The translations under genes and the position numbers were made by a program. From NCBI GenBank assembly GCA_030059675.1, contig JANVYQ010000001.1, forward strand, positions 216,753 to 280,752: 64,000 nucleotides of DNA, given 5' to 3'. The notes beneath the pieces are model-generated. The model made no database searches. It was given only the letters and a program-made list of their open reading frames with translations, and was not told where the DNA came from. Below are positions 27,781-37,667 of the stretch, piece by piece. Source of the stretch: Candidatus Pelearchaeum maunauluense (GTDB taxonomy: Archaea; Thermoproteota; Nitrososphaeria_A; Caldarchaeales; Caldarchaeaceae). Each line of letters opens with the position of its first letter. The first letter of the stretch is position 1.

Positions 27781-28924
27781 ATGCAAGCGCAGTACTCTAA
27801 AGTTGATGACAAGGTCATCAACGAGCTTGCTGGTGTCGTTGGTGAGACAAACGTAAGGACAGAGCTGCATCAACGCGCTATCAGGGCGGCGATTCCCGTT
27901 CCGTTCCCGGGCATTCCTAGCAACGACAGTGGGCGCATACCTAGCGTTCCACGGGCCGAATGCCCTGAAGTGGGCGATGAGAATCGGAGCAGCCTTCCTG
28001 ATAATAGTTCTACTCTACTTCATAGCGGTCGTCTTCCTAGTCCATGGTGTAGAGAAGACCTTTGCGGCGCCTCCTCCAGAGCCGTTTGAAGACCCGCGAT
28101 GGAGCATAGCCTCAGCTATTGAGTGGAACGTTGGTCTAGGATTCTCATGGGCGTTCTGGTATGGCCAGTGGACGAGACTCGCTAAAACGGAGAGGACAGC
28201 CTACCACGGTACGCTGTGGGGCTGGGGCATACTTTCATGCACCGCGGGAATCTTTGCAGCGCTCACAGCAATAATAGTAGGCTCCTTCGACCCGACAGAC
28301 TGGCTAGTCGCATCTCAGATAGCTGCTGTGCCAGTTATAGATCTGGCGATGATAATCGTCGCTAACGTCAGCTCAATTGCGCTACTCATATACCCGATGT
28401 CAATAACGTTTAGGAGCAGGTTCCCCAATATCAAGTGGGGGTATGTCGTTGGCATAATGACACTCGGCGGTGTCTTGCTGGAGTTAATACCAGGTGTCTT
28501 TGACAGCTATGGCGTATACCTAGCGTACATAGCTCTGTTGACAGGAATATACGGCGGCGTAATGATAGGCGACTACCTACTCACACGCGGAACATACAAG
28601 CTTAGGGCACTGTACAATAGGTCTATAGGCTACAGATACGTTGGCGGCTTTAACCTCAACGCATTAATAGCTACAGTCGTAGCGGTTGCATTCTACCTAT
28701 GGACTCTTGACCCACTGTCTTGGACGAGCGCGAACGGGCTATTCCCACTCATAACAGCGGGAATACCGAGCTATTTCCTCGCTATGGTCCTCTATATCCT
28801 GCTGACTAAATCTGGAATCTTTGGCAAAGCAGGCGCATACATGCCAGGCAAGACGATTCCAACACCAGCCGCCGTAGCTGCGGTCAAAACACCAGACGCA
28901 TCAATAGATGTAAAACGCTCCTAA
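27781..28924 (+). CDS. NCS1-like permease, N-terminal region in a different frame (apparent +1 indel near 27906)
   Basis: ORF 27929-28924 is a polytopic permease core. The frame-1 ORF from 27781 encodes a cytosolic N-terminus ending ...AIPVPFP. The downstream frame is open from 27857. Removing one base from CCCGGG at 27906-27911 joins them into ...PFPAFLATTVGAYLAF.... Confidence 0.45.
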
Positions 28925-28982
28925 AACCCTTTCTAAACCCCCTCCATAAATTTCCATATTTTTAGAAGACTATCCTATCATG

Positions 28983-29816
28983 TTAATAGAGTTCGGTTTT
29001 CGCCTTTGGATAAGAACCGAGAACCTTTAGAAATATTGCTTTCTTAGCAAGGGCCGATAATGCATCTTTGTAGGGCTCATCATCTTTATGGCCTTCAAAG
29101 TCTAGGAAGAAGTAGTACTCCCATGGTCTTTGGCGTGTTGGTCTTGACTCTATCTTTGTTAGGTTTATTCCCCGTTTGGCGAACTCTTCTAGGGCGTGGT
29201 ATAGTGAGCCTGGCGTATGGGGTAGTGAGAAGATTATCGACGTTTTACAGTCGTTTTTAGTATCCGCATCACGCCTAGATATTACGAAGAAGCGTGTATA
29301 GTTTCTCCCATAGTCCTCTATCCCCTTAGCCAGTATCTTCATACCATACATTTGTGCGGCTTTCTCACTGGCGATAGCGGCGGCATCTTTGAGTTGTTTT
29401 TCTTTAATTAGCTTCACGCTCCCAGCGGTGTCGTATGTTATCATTGTCTCCACTCCTAGTGATGCTAGAAAGCCTTTACACTGCGCTAGGGCCTGCGGAT
29501 GCGAATATACTATTTTCACATCTCTCAGCTCTGTTGAGGGTAGGGCTATGAGGCAGTGAATTATCCTTAGAGACACCTCGCCCACTACCTTTACGCTTGA
29601 CGTTAGGAGCAGGTCATAGGTCTCGTATATGCTGCCCTCTATGGAGTTTTCAACTGGCACTACGCCATATTCTACTTCTTCCACCTCTGCCAGGTTAAAG
29701 ACCTCGCGTATAGTTTTGCATGGTATCGTCTCTACTTCGGCTCCGAGGTATTGATGAACCGCCTCCTCGCTATAAGCGCCATGCTCCCCCTGGAAGGCTA
29801 CGCGAGTTCTTTTCAA
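28983..29816 (-). CDS. pheA: prephenate dehydratase with ACT domain
   Basis: PDT domain plus ACT domain, with the ESRP motif in LTKIESRPTRQRPWEYYFFLDFEGH. Confidence 0.85.
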   Translation of the reverse strand: MKRTRVAFQGEHGAYSEEAVHQYLGAEVETIPCKTIREVFNLAEVEEVEYGVVPVENSIEGSIYETYDLLLTSSVKVVGEVSLRIIHCLIALPSTELRDVKIVYSHPQALAQCKGFLASLGVETMITYDTAGSVKLIKEKQLKDAAAIASEKAAQMYGMKILAKGIEDYGRNYTRFFVISRRDADTKNDCKTSIIFSLPHTPGSLYHALEEFAKRGINLTKIESRPTRQRPWEYYFFLDFEGHKDDEPYKDALSALAKKAIFLKVLGSYPKAKTELY

Positions 29817-29922
29817 CGCCTTTTCCCACCTAGTTGGGTTACGTCCTGTTTAATAATATGAAGAAGGCTGGAAAGCTATATAACTTGACTTACGCGGCGT
29901 ATGAGAATACGTTTCGCTGGTC

Positions 29923-30174
29923 TTGGGGTGCTACGTGATGGTGAAGAATGATCAACAGGAATATTCATGCGACCCTGAAACTGCTCTTGATTTGCTAATA
30001 GCTGAGCGTGGTAGGGTGTTGGAGGAGTATGGCGGCTTTATAATAGAGGTGATAGACCAGCGTGGCTTTCCCTGGCCTGATGTCATACGGATACTCCTGA
30101 GGATTAACCATGAGGTTTGGATTGAGGAGCGTGAGGGGAAGCTCTACATAATCTCTAAGCCGAAGGCAGATTAG
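29923..30174 (+). CDS. hypothetical small protein
   Basis: 83 aa ORF with a plausible context. No motif recognised. Confidence 0.3.
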   Translation: MGCYVMVKNDQQEYSCDPETALDLLIAERGRVLEEYGGFIIEVIDQRGFPWPDVIRILLRINHEVWIEEREGKLYIISKPKAD

Positions 30175-31568
30175 CCAGCCATTAGGGGGACCTGTAGATA
30201 TAGTAGGATGAGGGCTACCGAGAATGTTGGTATTGCTACAATAGAGCCGACTTTAACCCATTCCAGTAGTGATATATGCCCCATACGCTGTCTCTCTATA
30301 AGCCCTACAGCAACGATGCCAGCCGTGCTCCCTATGTACGTGAGCGTTCCTGTGAATGTCCCCCCGAAGAGGAGAACCCACCATAGGGGATGGATGTTCA
30401 TCCCAGCGTCACCCATCCCCTCAACTATGGGGATCCAGAGCGTTACTGCGAGGACGTTATCCATGAAGGCTGACATGAATCCCATAGTCCAGCCTGTGAA
30501 GAGGAAGGTTGTCAGGAAGTCTCCCCCGCCTATCGCTACTAATGTGTTGGAGAATACATCGGTTACTCCCGTGAATTGGAGAGCGCCGACAGACGCGAAG
30601 AGGAGTAGGAAGAAGCTTAGGGTCCACCAATCCACGCGGCGCTCAAGTAGTTCGCGCGCCTTTCCACGCTCCATCAACAGAGCTATGCCAGCCGCTATTA
30701 CGGCGACACCTATGAGCATGGTGTTCTTCTCAAGCCCCAGTATAGCTTCTATCTGGGTGTGAAATATAAGCCCGGCCAGAGTTCCTAGGAAGAGGAGCGT
30801 GGGGCCAAGCCCAAGCTTTGATCTCTGCGCCGAGCCGCTCTCAACACCCGCGATAGCTACCTGCGCTTTCATCTTGGCGTCCATCTCAGCAAGGTAGCGG
30901 CGGAAATAGAGCTGGGTGATTGCCATGCACATCAAAAGACCAATTATTGATATTGGGGTTGCCCAGCGGAGAAAGTCAAAGAAGCTGAGCTTGGCCTTAA
31001 GCGCTATGATTACTCCTATCGGATTGCCCACTACTGTGGCGCTACTTCCTATTATCGTGGCGAATACACTCATCATAATTAGGGGTATTATTGATATGCC
31101 CAGTCTAGTAGCTAGGTGTATTGCGGCTGAGCTTATGAAGAGGATTGAAGTAACCTCATCCACCAACGCCGCCGAGAGTGCTGCCATAGCCATGAGCAGC
31201 ACGACAGTCTTTCTAGCACTACCGCCAGCTAGACGCAGTATCTTGTCCAGTATAGCTTCAAAGAAACGCCGCTCCTCAAGAAAACCAACCACCGTCATCA
31301 TGCTTATTAGGAATATGATTATGTCAAGCCCCGCGGATTTTATGAACTGCTCAATATCCATAACCCCTGCCGCAAAGAGCGCTCCAAGCCCTAGCAATGT
31401 GAAGACTACCCTAAATCTCCAGTAGAGTAGCGCTCCTAGTATGATCGCTGTGAATATGGTGATGGAGAAGATTTGCTCCCGCGCGAAGCCTGCTACAAAT
31501 GACGCTGTAGCCGTGAATGCCAGAATAGCTACGTATGCAACTGCGCGCGGAGCTTGAGCCATTCCCAA
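30171..31568 (-). CDS. ArsB/NhaD-superfamily permease (tandem paralog 1)
   Basis: 465 aa with 10-12 TM helices and two internally repeated halves, as in ArsB/NhaD/CitMHS-type transporters. It shares long identical nucleotide patches with the neighbouring paralog. Confidence 0.6.
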   Translation of the reverse strand: MGMAQAPRAVAYVAILAFTATASFVAGFAREQIFSITIFTAIILGALLYWRFRVVFTLLGLGALFAAGVMDIEQFIKSAGLDIIIFLISMMTVVGFLEERRFFEAILDKILRLAGGSARKTVVLLMAMAALSAALVDEVTSILFISSAAIHLATRLGISIIPLIMMSVFATIIGSSATVVGNPIGVIIALKAKLSFFDFLRWATPISIIGLLMCMAITQLYFRRYLAEMDAKMKAQVAIAGVESGSAQRSKLGLGPTLLFLGTLAGLIFHTQIEAILGLEKNTMLIGVAVIAAGIALLMERGKARELLERRVDWWTLSFFLLLFASVGALQFTGVTDVFSNTLVAIGGGDFLTTFLFTGWTMGFMSAFMDNVLAVTLWIPIVEGMGDAGMNIHPLWWVLLFGGTFTGTLTYIGSTAGIVAVGLIERQRMGHISLLEWVKVGSIVAIPTFSVALILLYLQVPLMAG

Positions 31569-31677
31569 TACACCTCATATATTCCATAGCCATCAGGAGG
31601 AACGCTTCCCCTCCAAAGGAGGAGGAAGAGAGGACGTAGTACTCCGCTATTCCACTAGGATATGAGTCTTACTACGC

Positions 31678-33072
31678 TTAGGGCATGAGCGGTATCTGGA
31701 TGTAGAGTAGGATTAGCGAGAGTAGGAAGGTCGTGAAGGAGACCAAAGCGCCGACGACAATCCAGTCGCGCATGGTTACGTGGGCTACTCTCTCGCGCTC
31801 CACCATGCCTACAGCCACGATGTTGGCCGTGCTGCCTATTATCGTGAGATTCCCCATCAGCGTTCTAGCGAAGAGCATAGCCCACCATAACGGGAAGACA
31901 TTGAAGCCAAACTCTCCAATTGACTTGACTATCGGAATCCATAGAGCCACAGCGAGCACGTTATCCATGAACGCCGTCATGAATCCAACAGTCCATCCGA
32001 CAAGCATGTAAGTGCTGAAGAACTCTCCCCCGCTGAGGCTGAAGATTGACTCTGACATTAGCTGCGCTACTCCCGTGAATTCCAGTGTCCCTACGGTGGC
32101 GAAGAAGAGGAAGAAGAAGCTTAGGGTCCACCAATCCACGCGGCGCTCAGTAAATTCGCGCGCCCTATCCTTGAGTAGGAAGAGCACTATCCCAGCGAAT
32201 ATTACTGGAACGCCTACGAGCATAGTGTCCCGCTCCAGTCCTAGAGCATCTTCCAACGGGCTGTGCATCACAAGCCCAGCAACCATACCGCCAAAGATTA
32301 GGAGGGAGAGCCAGTCAATCTTGTTTGGATTCTCGCTGGAGGCCGTCTTTTTCACAATCTTCTCAGCATGATACTGTTTAAGCCTCTCATCCATCTCGCG
32401 GATATAGCCGCGGTAGTATAGTAGGCAGAGTAATATCGTAAGCGCTAGCGTCGCGGCTGATATTGGTGCTGCCCAACGTATGAAGTCTAGGAACGTTAGG
32501 CCTGCTCTCAGCGCTATTAAGACTCCTATCGGGTTGCCGATTACTGTGGCGTTGCTCCCTACGTTGGTTGCGAAGACGGACATAATGAGGAGCGGGACTA
32601 CAGGAAGCCTAAGCCTCCCCGTTAAGTGTATAACTGTTGCCATGACGAATAATATGGACGTTACCTCGCCCACCAAGGCTGACGCGACAGCCGCCATGAC
32701 CATGAGTAAGGCGATAAGCTTCCTCGCGTTTGCGCCAGCAACAACTATAAGCTTCTCCAAGAGGGCTTCAAAGAAACGCCGCTCCTCCAGGAAGCCTATG
32801 ACCATCATCATGGCTATCAGGAAGAGTATTATGTCAAAGCCCGCGGATTCTATGAAGTGTTCTATGTCAAGTAGGCCTGCTCCGAATAGTATTCCTATCC
32901 CCACCAAAGCGAATGCTACGCGGAATCTCCAGTAGAGTAGGGCGCCCATTATTATTGCCACGAATGCTGTTAGTGCGATTGACTGACGCGGGATTACTCC
33001 AAGACCTGTTGAAACTAGGCCGACCAGCGCTACGACAGCCATGTATGCTGCTACCTTCCTGACATCAGCCAA
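31678..33072 (-). CDS. ArsB/NhaD-superfamily permease (tandem paralog 2)
   Basis: 464 aa, colinear with the 30171-31568 product. Examples of shared patches are ...KKKLRVHQSTRRS... and FKETPLLQEAYDHHHGYQEEYYV-like segments. Confidence 0.6.
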   Translation of the reverse strand: MADVRKVAAYMAVVALVGLVSTGLGVIPRQSIALTAFVAIIMGALLYWRFRVAFALVGIGILFGAGLLDIEHFIESAGFDIILFLIAMMMVIGFLEERRFFEALLEKLIVVAGANARKLIALLMVMAAVASALVGEVTSILFVMATVIHLTGRLRLPVVPLLIMSVFATNVGSNATVIGNPIGVLIALRAGLTFLDFIRWAAPISAATLALTILLCLLYYRGYIREMDERLKQYHAEKIVKKTASSENPNKIDWLSLLIFGGMVAGLVMHSPLEDALGLERDTMLVGVPVIFAGIVLFLLKDRAREFTERRVDWWTLSFFFLFFATVGTLEFTGVAQLMSESIFSLSGGEFFSTYMLVGWTVGFMTAFMDNVLAVALWIPIVKSIGEFGFNVFPLWWAMLFARTLMGNLTIIGSTANIVAVGMVERERVAHVTMRDWIVVGALVSFTTFLLSLILLYIQIPLMP

Positions 33073-33148
33073 GGCGTATGTACACCACTAGTTTTTGGAT
33101 ACCTGCAAATCGCGTTTATACGATAAGATAAGTTTACCTAATAGCATG

Positions 33149-35245
33149 TCAGCGTATCTGTATTCTGGCGAAGTCCGTCTCCTCAAGTATCTTCCTGAAT
33201 GGCCTTCCAGCTCCGTCATAGAACTTTGTAAAGAACTCGTAGAGGTGAAGCCTGAGAGCCTGGATGAAGGCTAGGAGCCCTTCTAGGAGCATTATCCCGA
33301 TATTGCCCAGTATTAGCGCAGGTATTGAGGCTGGCCCCAGAGCTTCCCACGCGTTGTTGAGGAGCAGGAGCAACGCTATATGGACTATCAGCAGTATCGT
33401 AAGTCGTGCATAGGAGATTGTATTGGAGAGGAACTGTATGACGTTCTCCATAAGCTCCAGCATTCCCTGGCCCATCGCAGCGCTGAATGAGATTTTATGA
33501 GCCTTGTCGGCGAGGCCATATAGATACCTGCCAAACATTATTACGAACATGCAGGCAGCTGCGCCTACAACTCCCATCGTGCCTACTATGTATGTTGGTA
33601 CTCCTATGAACGGGGCTGGCTCTGTGCTGCTCATTATTCCTTCAATCCTACCACCAGCGCCGAAGAATGCCAGGGCGAAGAATATCCCGAAGACATACAT
33701 TATTAGTGTTGGAAGCCTTGAGGTGAGAGCCTCAACCTTCTCCCCAGCTTTGAGGAACTTCACCACGCTAAGGGCGTAGCCTACCATTAGATGGACTACG
33801 CCTAGCACTATTGTGAAGAGCAGTAGGCGTTGGACTTCGGTTATGCTGAACTGCTTCGCTCCCTCCGCCTCTTCTACTAGGTGTAGTATCTGGGGGGAGC
33901 CTATGTATTTGCCGAGAGGGAATCCAAATACCTCGCCTATGAGAAAGCCGCCCACAGCCGCAGACGCTCCCAGAAGGGTTAGGAGCTGGCCCCAGAGCCT
34001 TATCCTACCGCGTGTTCTACTAGCCATGAATAGGCCGAAGAGCAGCAAGACAAGCCCCTGTCCAAAATCTGCAAACATAATGCCGTAGAAGATTGAGAAG
34101 AATATCGCCACGAAAGGGGTTGGGTCAACCTCAAAGTATCCTGGCAATCCCTGGATTAATGTGATGTTCTCAAACGGCTTCTGTGGTGCTGGGTATTTTA
34201 CGAGTGAGGGTGGGTCTTCTTCTGTTTCGTGGCTTTTATGTCCGTCGTGATGGTGGTGATGTGCTCCTGGCTCGCGTGAGAATACGGGATAGCGGCTGCT
34301 GAAGGTATTGATGAACTGCTCATATCTGTTTTTGGGTATGTAGCCTTTGATAACAGCGAATCGTTTGAGCGGGCCTCCCCCACCTAGGCTATGCACCGCA
34401 TTCTTAAGAGTGTAGTAGCTATCCCGTAGCGAGATTATCCTAACAGCCTCCTTCTCAGAGACCTCACGAAGACGGGCTTCTATCTTGTTTAACTCCTCCT
34501 CAAGCTTAGCCACTTCATCGGATACGCGCTTATACGCTTCTGCTGGTTTTCGGGGAAAGTCTGGTGGGAGCGTGAATGGACTAATACCAAGCCCGCGTAG
34601 CGTTTTTTCTATCTTCTCACCCAGCTTCTTACTACATACTATGAGGACCGCGCTCTGCGTTGGGGTGAGCGGGAACTCAAGCACGGCAGCCTCCTGCAAG
34701 GCGCGTGAAAGCTCAGCAACATCCTTTGACGGGGCTAGAGCAAAGACCGCATAGAAGCGGCGCATACGAGCCAGAGAATCAAGGTCTACATCAACATTAG
34801 AGAGAAAACTGAGGGCAGCGAGAAGTGTCTTAAGCTCGCCTAACCTCTCATTAATCTGCTTTCTCCTGCTTACAAGCATGTTAAGCTCCTCTATGAGCGG
34901 CTTAGCTTCTGCGTCAAGCTTTTCAAGGAGCTTCCTAATGTCATCTGCCGTGTATTCGCGTTGTTCTATACGCGTCTTGCCCATGAGCTGGTTTATTACC
35001 CCGAGCCCCTCGCGGAGACCCAGCTCTTGGATTAGGACCTCCAGCGGTATGTAGCCCCTCTCGGCTGCCTGCTCAAGCTCGCGGAGAACAGGGTCTCCAG
35101 CGCCCTCTATTCTTATTGGATGGAACTCCTCAAAGCGGTAAAGCTCCCTAAGAGCATCTTCCAGCTCGCGGCGCGGGACGATGAGCGTAACCTCGGTGAC
35201 AGGTATTAGCCCCAAGACCTTCTGCCCCGCAACTGAATTACTCAC
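33149..35245 (-). CDS. atpI: A/V-type ATP synthase subunit I (membrane a-subunit)
   Basis: 698 aa. N-terminal cytoplasmic coiled-coil half. C-terminal about 8-TM half with the conserved Arg-containing helix (...LRLHLYEFF...). Confidence 0.85.
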   Translation of the reverse strand: MSNSVAGQKVLGLIPVTEVTLIVPRRELEDALRELYRFEEFHPIRIEGAGDPVLRELEQAAERGYIPLEVLIQELGLREGLGVINQLMGKTRIEQREYTADDIRKLLEKLDAEAKPLIEELNMLVSRRKQINERLGELKTLLAALSFLSNVDVDLDSLARMRRFYAVFALAPSKDVAELSRALQEAAVLEFPLTPTQSAVLIVCSKKLGEKIEKTLRGLGISPFTLPPDFPRKPAEAYKRVSDEVAKLEEELNKIEARLREVSEKEAVRIISLRDSYYTLKNAVHSLGGGGPLKRFAVIKGYIPKNRYEQFINTFSSRYPVFSREPGAHHHHHDGHKSHETEEDPPSLVKYPAPQKPFENITLIQGLPGYFEVDPTPFVAIFFSIFYGIMFADFGQGLVLLLFGLFMASRTRGRIRLWGQLLTLLGASAAVGGFLIGEVFGFPLGKYIGSPQILHLVEEAEGAKQFSITEVQRLLLFTIVLGVVHLMVGYALSVVKFLKAGEKVEALTSRLPTLIMYVFGIFFALAFFGAGGRIEGIMSSTEPAPFIGVPTYIVGTMGVVGAAACMFVIMFGRYLYGLADKAHKISFSAAMGQGMLELMENVIQFLSNTISYARLTILLIVHIALLLLLNNAWEALGPASIPALILGNIGIMLLEGLLAFIQALRLHLYEFFTKFYDGAGRPFRKILEETDFARIQIR

Positions 35246-35266
35246 GATATAAATCCATCTCAGTTC

Positions 35267-36223
35267 CTATACGTAGTCGGAGCGGCTTACTATGTTGTGT
35301 GGTGTCTCGCCCTTGAGGAAGCGTACAACATTCTCGGCGGCAAGCCTGAGCATGGTAAACCAGACTTCATCATTACCCAAGCCCCCAGCAACCCAGGGCG
35401 TTCCTATGACGTTCTTGAAGCGCGTTATCTCGGCATCCTCGGCGAATCGCTCCTTGTGATGCCACCAAACATCACTCGCAAACCTAAACTCTGGATTGGC
35501 TCTCAAGAATTCTATAAGGTCATCCCGTTTAACCAGGTCTGCGCGCGCTATATTGACAAGTATAGCGTCCTTCTTCATCAGCTCAAGCCTCCGCTTATCT
35601 ATCATCCAGCGTGTATGCTTCGTTAATGGGGCGGCCAGAACTACAATATCACTCTCGCTCAACACCTTGTCTATTGCTTCTGGGCCTCCTACAAAGTCGC
35701 ATTCAAGCGAGGATTTGCCAGAGCGCGTGGTAGCCATTACCCGCATCTTGAACGCTCTAGCCACCTCCGCTATCCGCCTGCCTATAGAGCCCATGCCGAT
35801 TATCCCTATAGTAAGCCCCGCGAGGCTGCGTACTCCAGGGCTTGAGTCGTAAATCCCCTTCCGCATATTAGCGGCGTGTATGTGGAGGTTCTTCATCTCG
35901 GCCAAGATGAGCGCCCAGGCATGCTCTGCAACAGCATCAGAGTTGGAGCCAGCGTTGCTGCATACCATCACGTTCTCAGGAATCTCGCCCCAGGGAAGGG
36001 CATCAACACCAGCAGCTACAGACTGTATCAGCCTAAGCTTCTTCATCTTACGAAGATGCTCGGCATTAAGATAGAAGCAGAGTACGATATCAACCTCTGG
36101 GAGAATCTTCTCAAGCTCTGGTGAGTCTTTTTGATAAACGCTGCCATGCTTGCTGAGTAGCGCCTCAACATCGTCGTGGAGCTTAACATAAGATAGGATT
36201 ACAGGCTTCTCCATAATCCACAT
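35267..36223 (-). CDS. D-isomer-specific 2-hydroxyacid dehydrogenase (glyoxylate reductase/PGDH-like)
   Basis: NAD-binding GIIGMGSIGRRIA and catalytic-domain signatures. 318 aa. Confidence 0.8.
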   Translation of the reverse strand: MWIMEKPVILSYVKLHDDVEALLSKHGSVYQKDSPELEKILPEVDIVLCFYLNAEHLRKMKKLRLIQSVAAGVDALPWGEIPENVMVCSNAGSNSDAVAEHAWALILAEMKNLHIHAANMRKGIYDSSPGVRSLAGLTIGIIGMGSIGRRIAEVARAFKMRVMATTRSGKSSLECDFVGGPEAIDKVLSESDIVVLAAPLTKHTRWMIDKRRLELMKKDAILVNIARADLVKRDDLIEFLRANPEFRFASDVWWHHKERFAEDAEITRFKNVIGTPWVAGGLGNDEVWFTMLRLAAENVVRFLKGETPHNIVSRSDYV

Positions 36224-36262
36224 GAGGGGGAGAATACGCGGATTATTAAATCTCCCCCGCGC

Positions 36263-36910
36263 CTAGCCGCCCATTGTTTCAGAGGGCTCTGGGTAGATTA
36301 CCTCGGTAACAAGCTTAGAGCTGCAGAAGACGCAGTACACGACGACCTTGGCGCAGTCTATATGGTAGCGCGCGCCACAGCTGCATTCCACGTACATATC
36401 AGCCTCTTCCTGCGGTCTTGAGGGGAGGCGCGGCCTTATCGCCTTGCTGCAGTAGCCGCATATCCTATGTAGAGCCAGTATGTCGCGCTGGGTGAATATT
36501 CCGATGACCTTACCAGCTTCGGTAGCTATGAGGCGGCGTATCTTCTTCCTACTCATCAGCTCTGCAGCCTCCTCTAGCGTTGCGTTGGCGTCTATGGTGA
36601 TTAGGGGGCTACTCATTATATCGCGTACCTTCACGCTACCTGGTGAGAGCCCCCTAGCGGTAACTTTCTTGAGCATATCACGTTCAGTAACCACTCCTAC
36701 GGGCTTGCCCTTCTCCGTAACGAGAAGCCCGCCTATGTCATTCTCAACCATAAGCTTGGCAGCCTTCTCAACGGAGGCATCAACATCCACACTAACTACT
36801 TCGCGGACAACCACATCCCTTACGCGAGCATTTATCCACATGATTGTGGAAAACCCCAGCGGAGTTAAGATATAAAACATTTCCGAAGAATAATCAATCA
36901 AAACCATCAA
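36263..36910 (-). CDS. CBS-domain pair protein with C-terminal zinc-ribbon
   Basis: Two CBS repeats, then a CxxC...CxxC cluster (CGYCSK...CSCG...CVFCSS). Confidence 0.6.
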   Translation of the reverse strand: MMVLIDYSSEMFYILTPLGFSTIMWINARVRDVVVREVVSVDVDASVEKAAKLMVENDIGGLLVTEKGKPVGVVTERDMLKKVTARGLSPGSVKVRDIMSSPLITIDANATLEEAAELMSRKKIRRLIATEAGKVIGIFTQRDILALHRICGYCSKAIRPRLPSRPQEEADMYVECSCGARYHIDCAKVVVYCVFCSSKLVTEVIYPEPSETMGG

Positions 36911-36927
36911 TCACCCGAAAATTATGA

Positions 36928-37622
36928 ATGTTTAAGAACGGCCAAGAGATGGATTGGTTGAGAGCCTGTATAATGAGCATAGATATTGAAGACATAATTA
37001 AGAGAGCTGTCACCGCCGCGAGAACCGAAGAGCTCCGCATGATGGCTGAAGCCGTTAAGTCATTAGCCGAGTATATGCGCGACGGCTTCCAAAAGATTAA
37101 CCAACGATTAGAGGAGAACTCAAAGATACTCGCAGAACACTCAAACAGCTAGAGGTTCATTCAAGACAGTTAGAGGCCCATTCAAGGTATCTTGAGAGAC
37201 TCGTCAACGAGGTGGGTGGATTGAAGACCATGTTAGGCTCCTTTACGTCTAGGTCTGGTGTCCATATGGAGAGAATGGTGCTGGAGCTTCTTAGAAAAAC
37301 GCTCCTAGAACGTGTGGCTATTGATGTGGATAGTATTGAAAAGCGGAGCTTCGTAGATGAGCGTGGTGAGCTTGTTCAAGAATGCCACAAGATAGAGATA
37401 GATATCTACATGACGGACAAGCAAGCTTATGCGCTGGAAGTTAAAACGCTTGTCGAGAGCAAGGATGTGGATTGGATTGTAGCTAAAAAGAGGTTCTTGG
37501 AGCGTAGTTATAATATGCGCGCTAGGTGGCTTATTGTGGCTTCGGCGATAACGCAAGAAGCGTATATGAAGGCTATTAAGGGGGGTATTGAGGTTGTCTG
37601 CAGGAGTATAGTGGGCGAGTAG
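36928..37622 (+). CDS. DUF3782-like protein: coiled-coil repeats plus C-terminal PD-(D/E)XK-like domain, with an apparent -1 frameshift
   Basis: ORF 36928-37152 (...QRLEENSKILAEHSNS-stop) continues in the next frame as ...KQLEVHSRQLEAHSRYLERLVNEVGGLKTM... into ORF 37212-37622. The junction is an A3 run near 37145. The C-terminal motif EIDIYMTDKQAYALEVK is nuclease-fold-like. Confidence 0.55.
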
Positions 37623-37667
37623 GGCGCGTCGAATATTAATATATGGAAACGCTTTCTGGTTGTCGCT

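Noticed and set aside
30208-32935. Several 90-180-aa plus-strand ORFs (30208-30762, 30916-31425, 31733-32011, 32012-32371, 32480-32935)
   Set aside because: All are antisense to the two permease genes. Their Ser/Thr/Pro/Arg-rich products have no domain features. They are shadow ORFs of GC-rich coding DNA.
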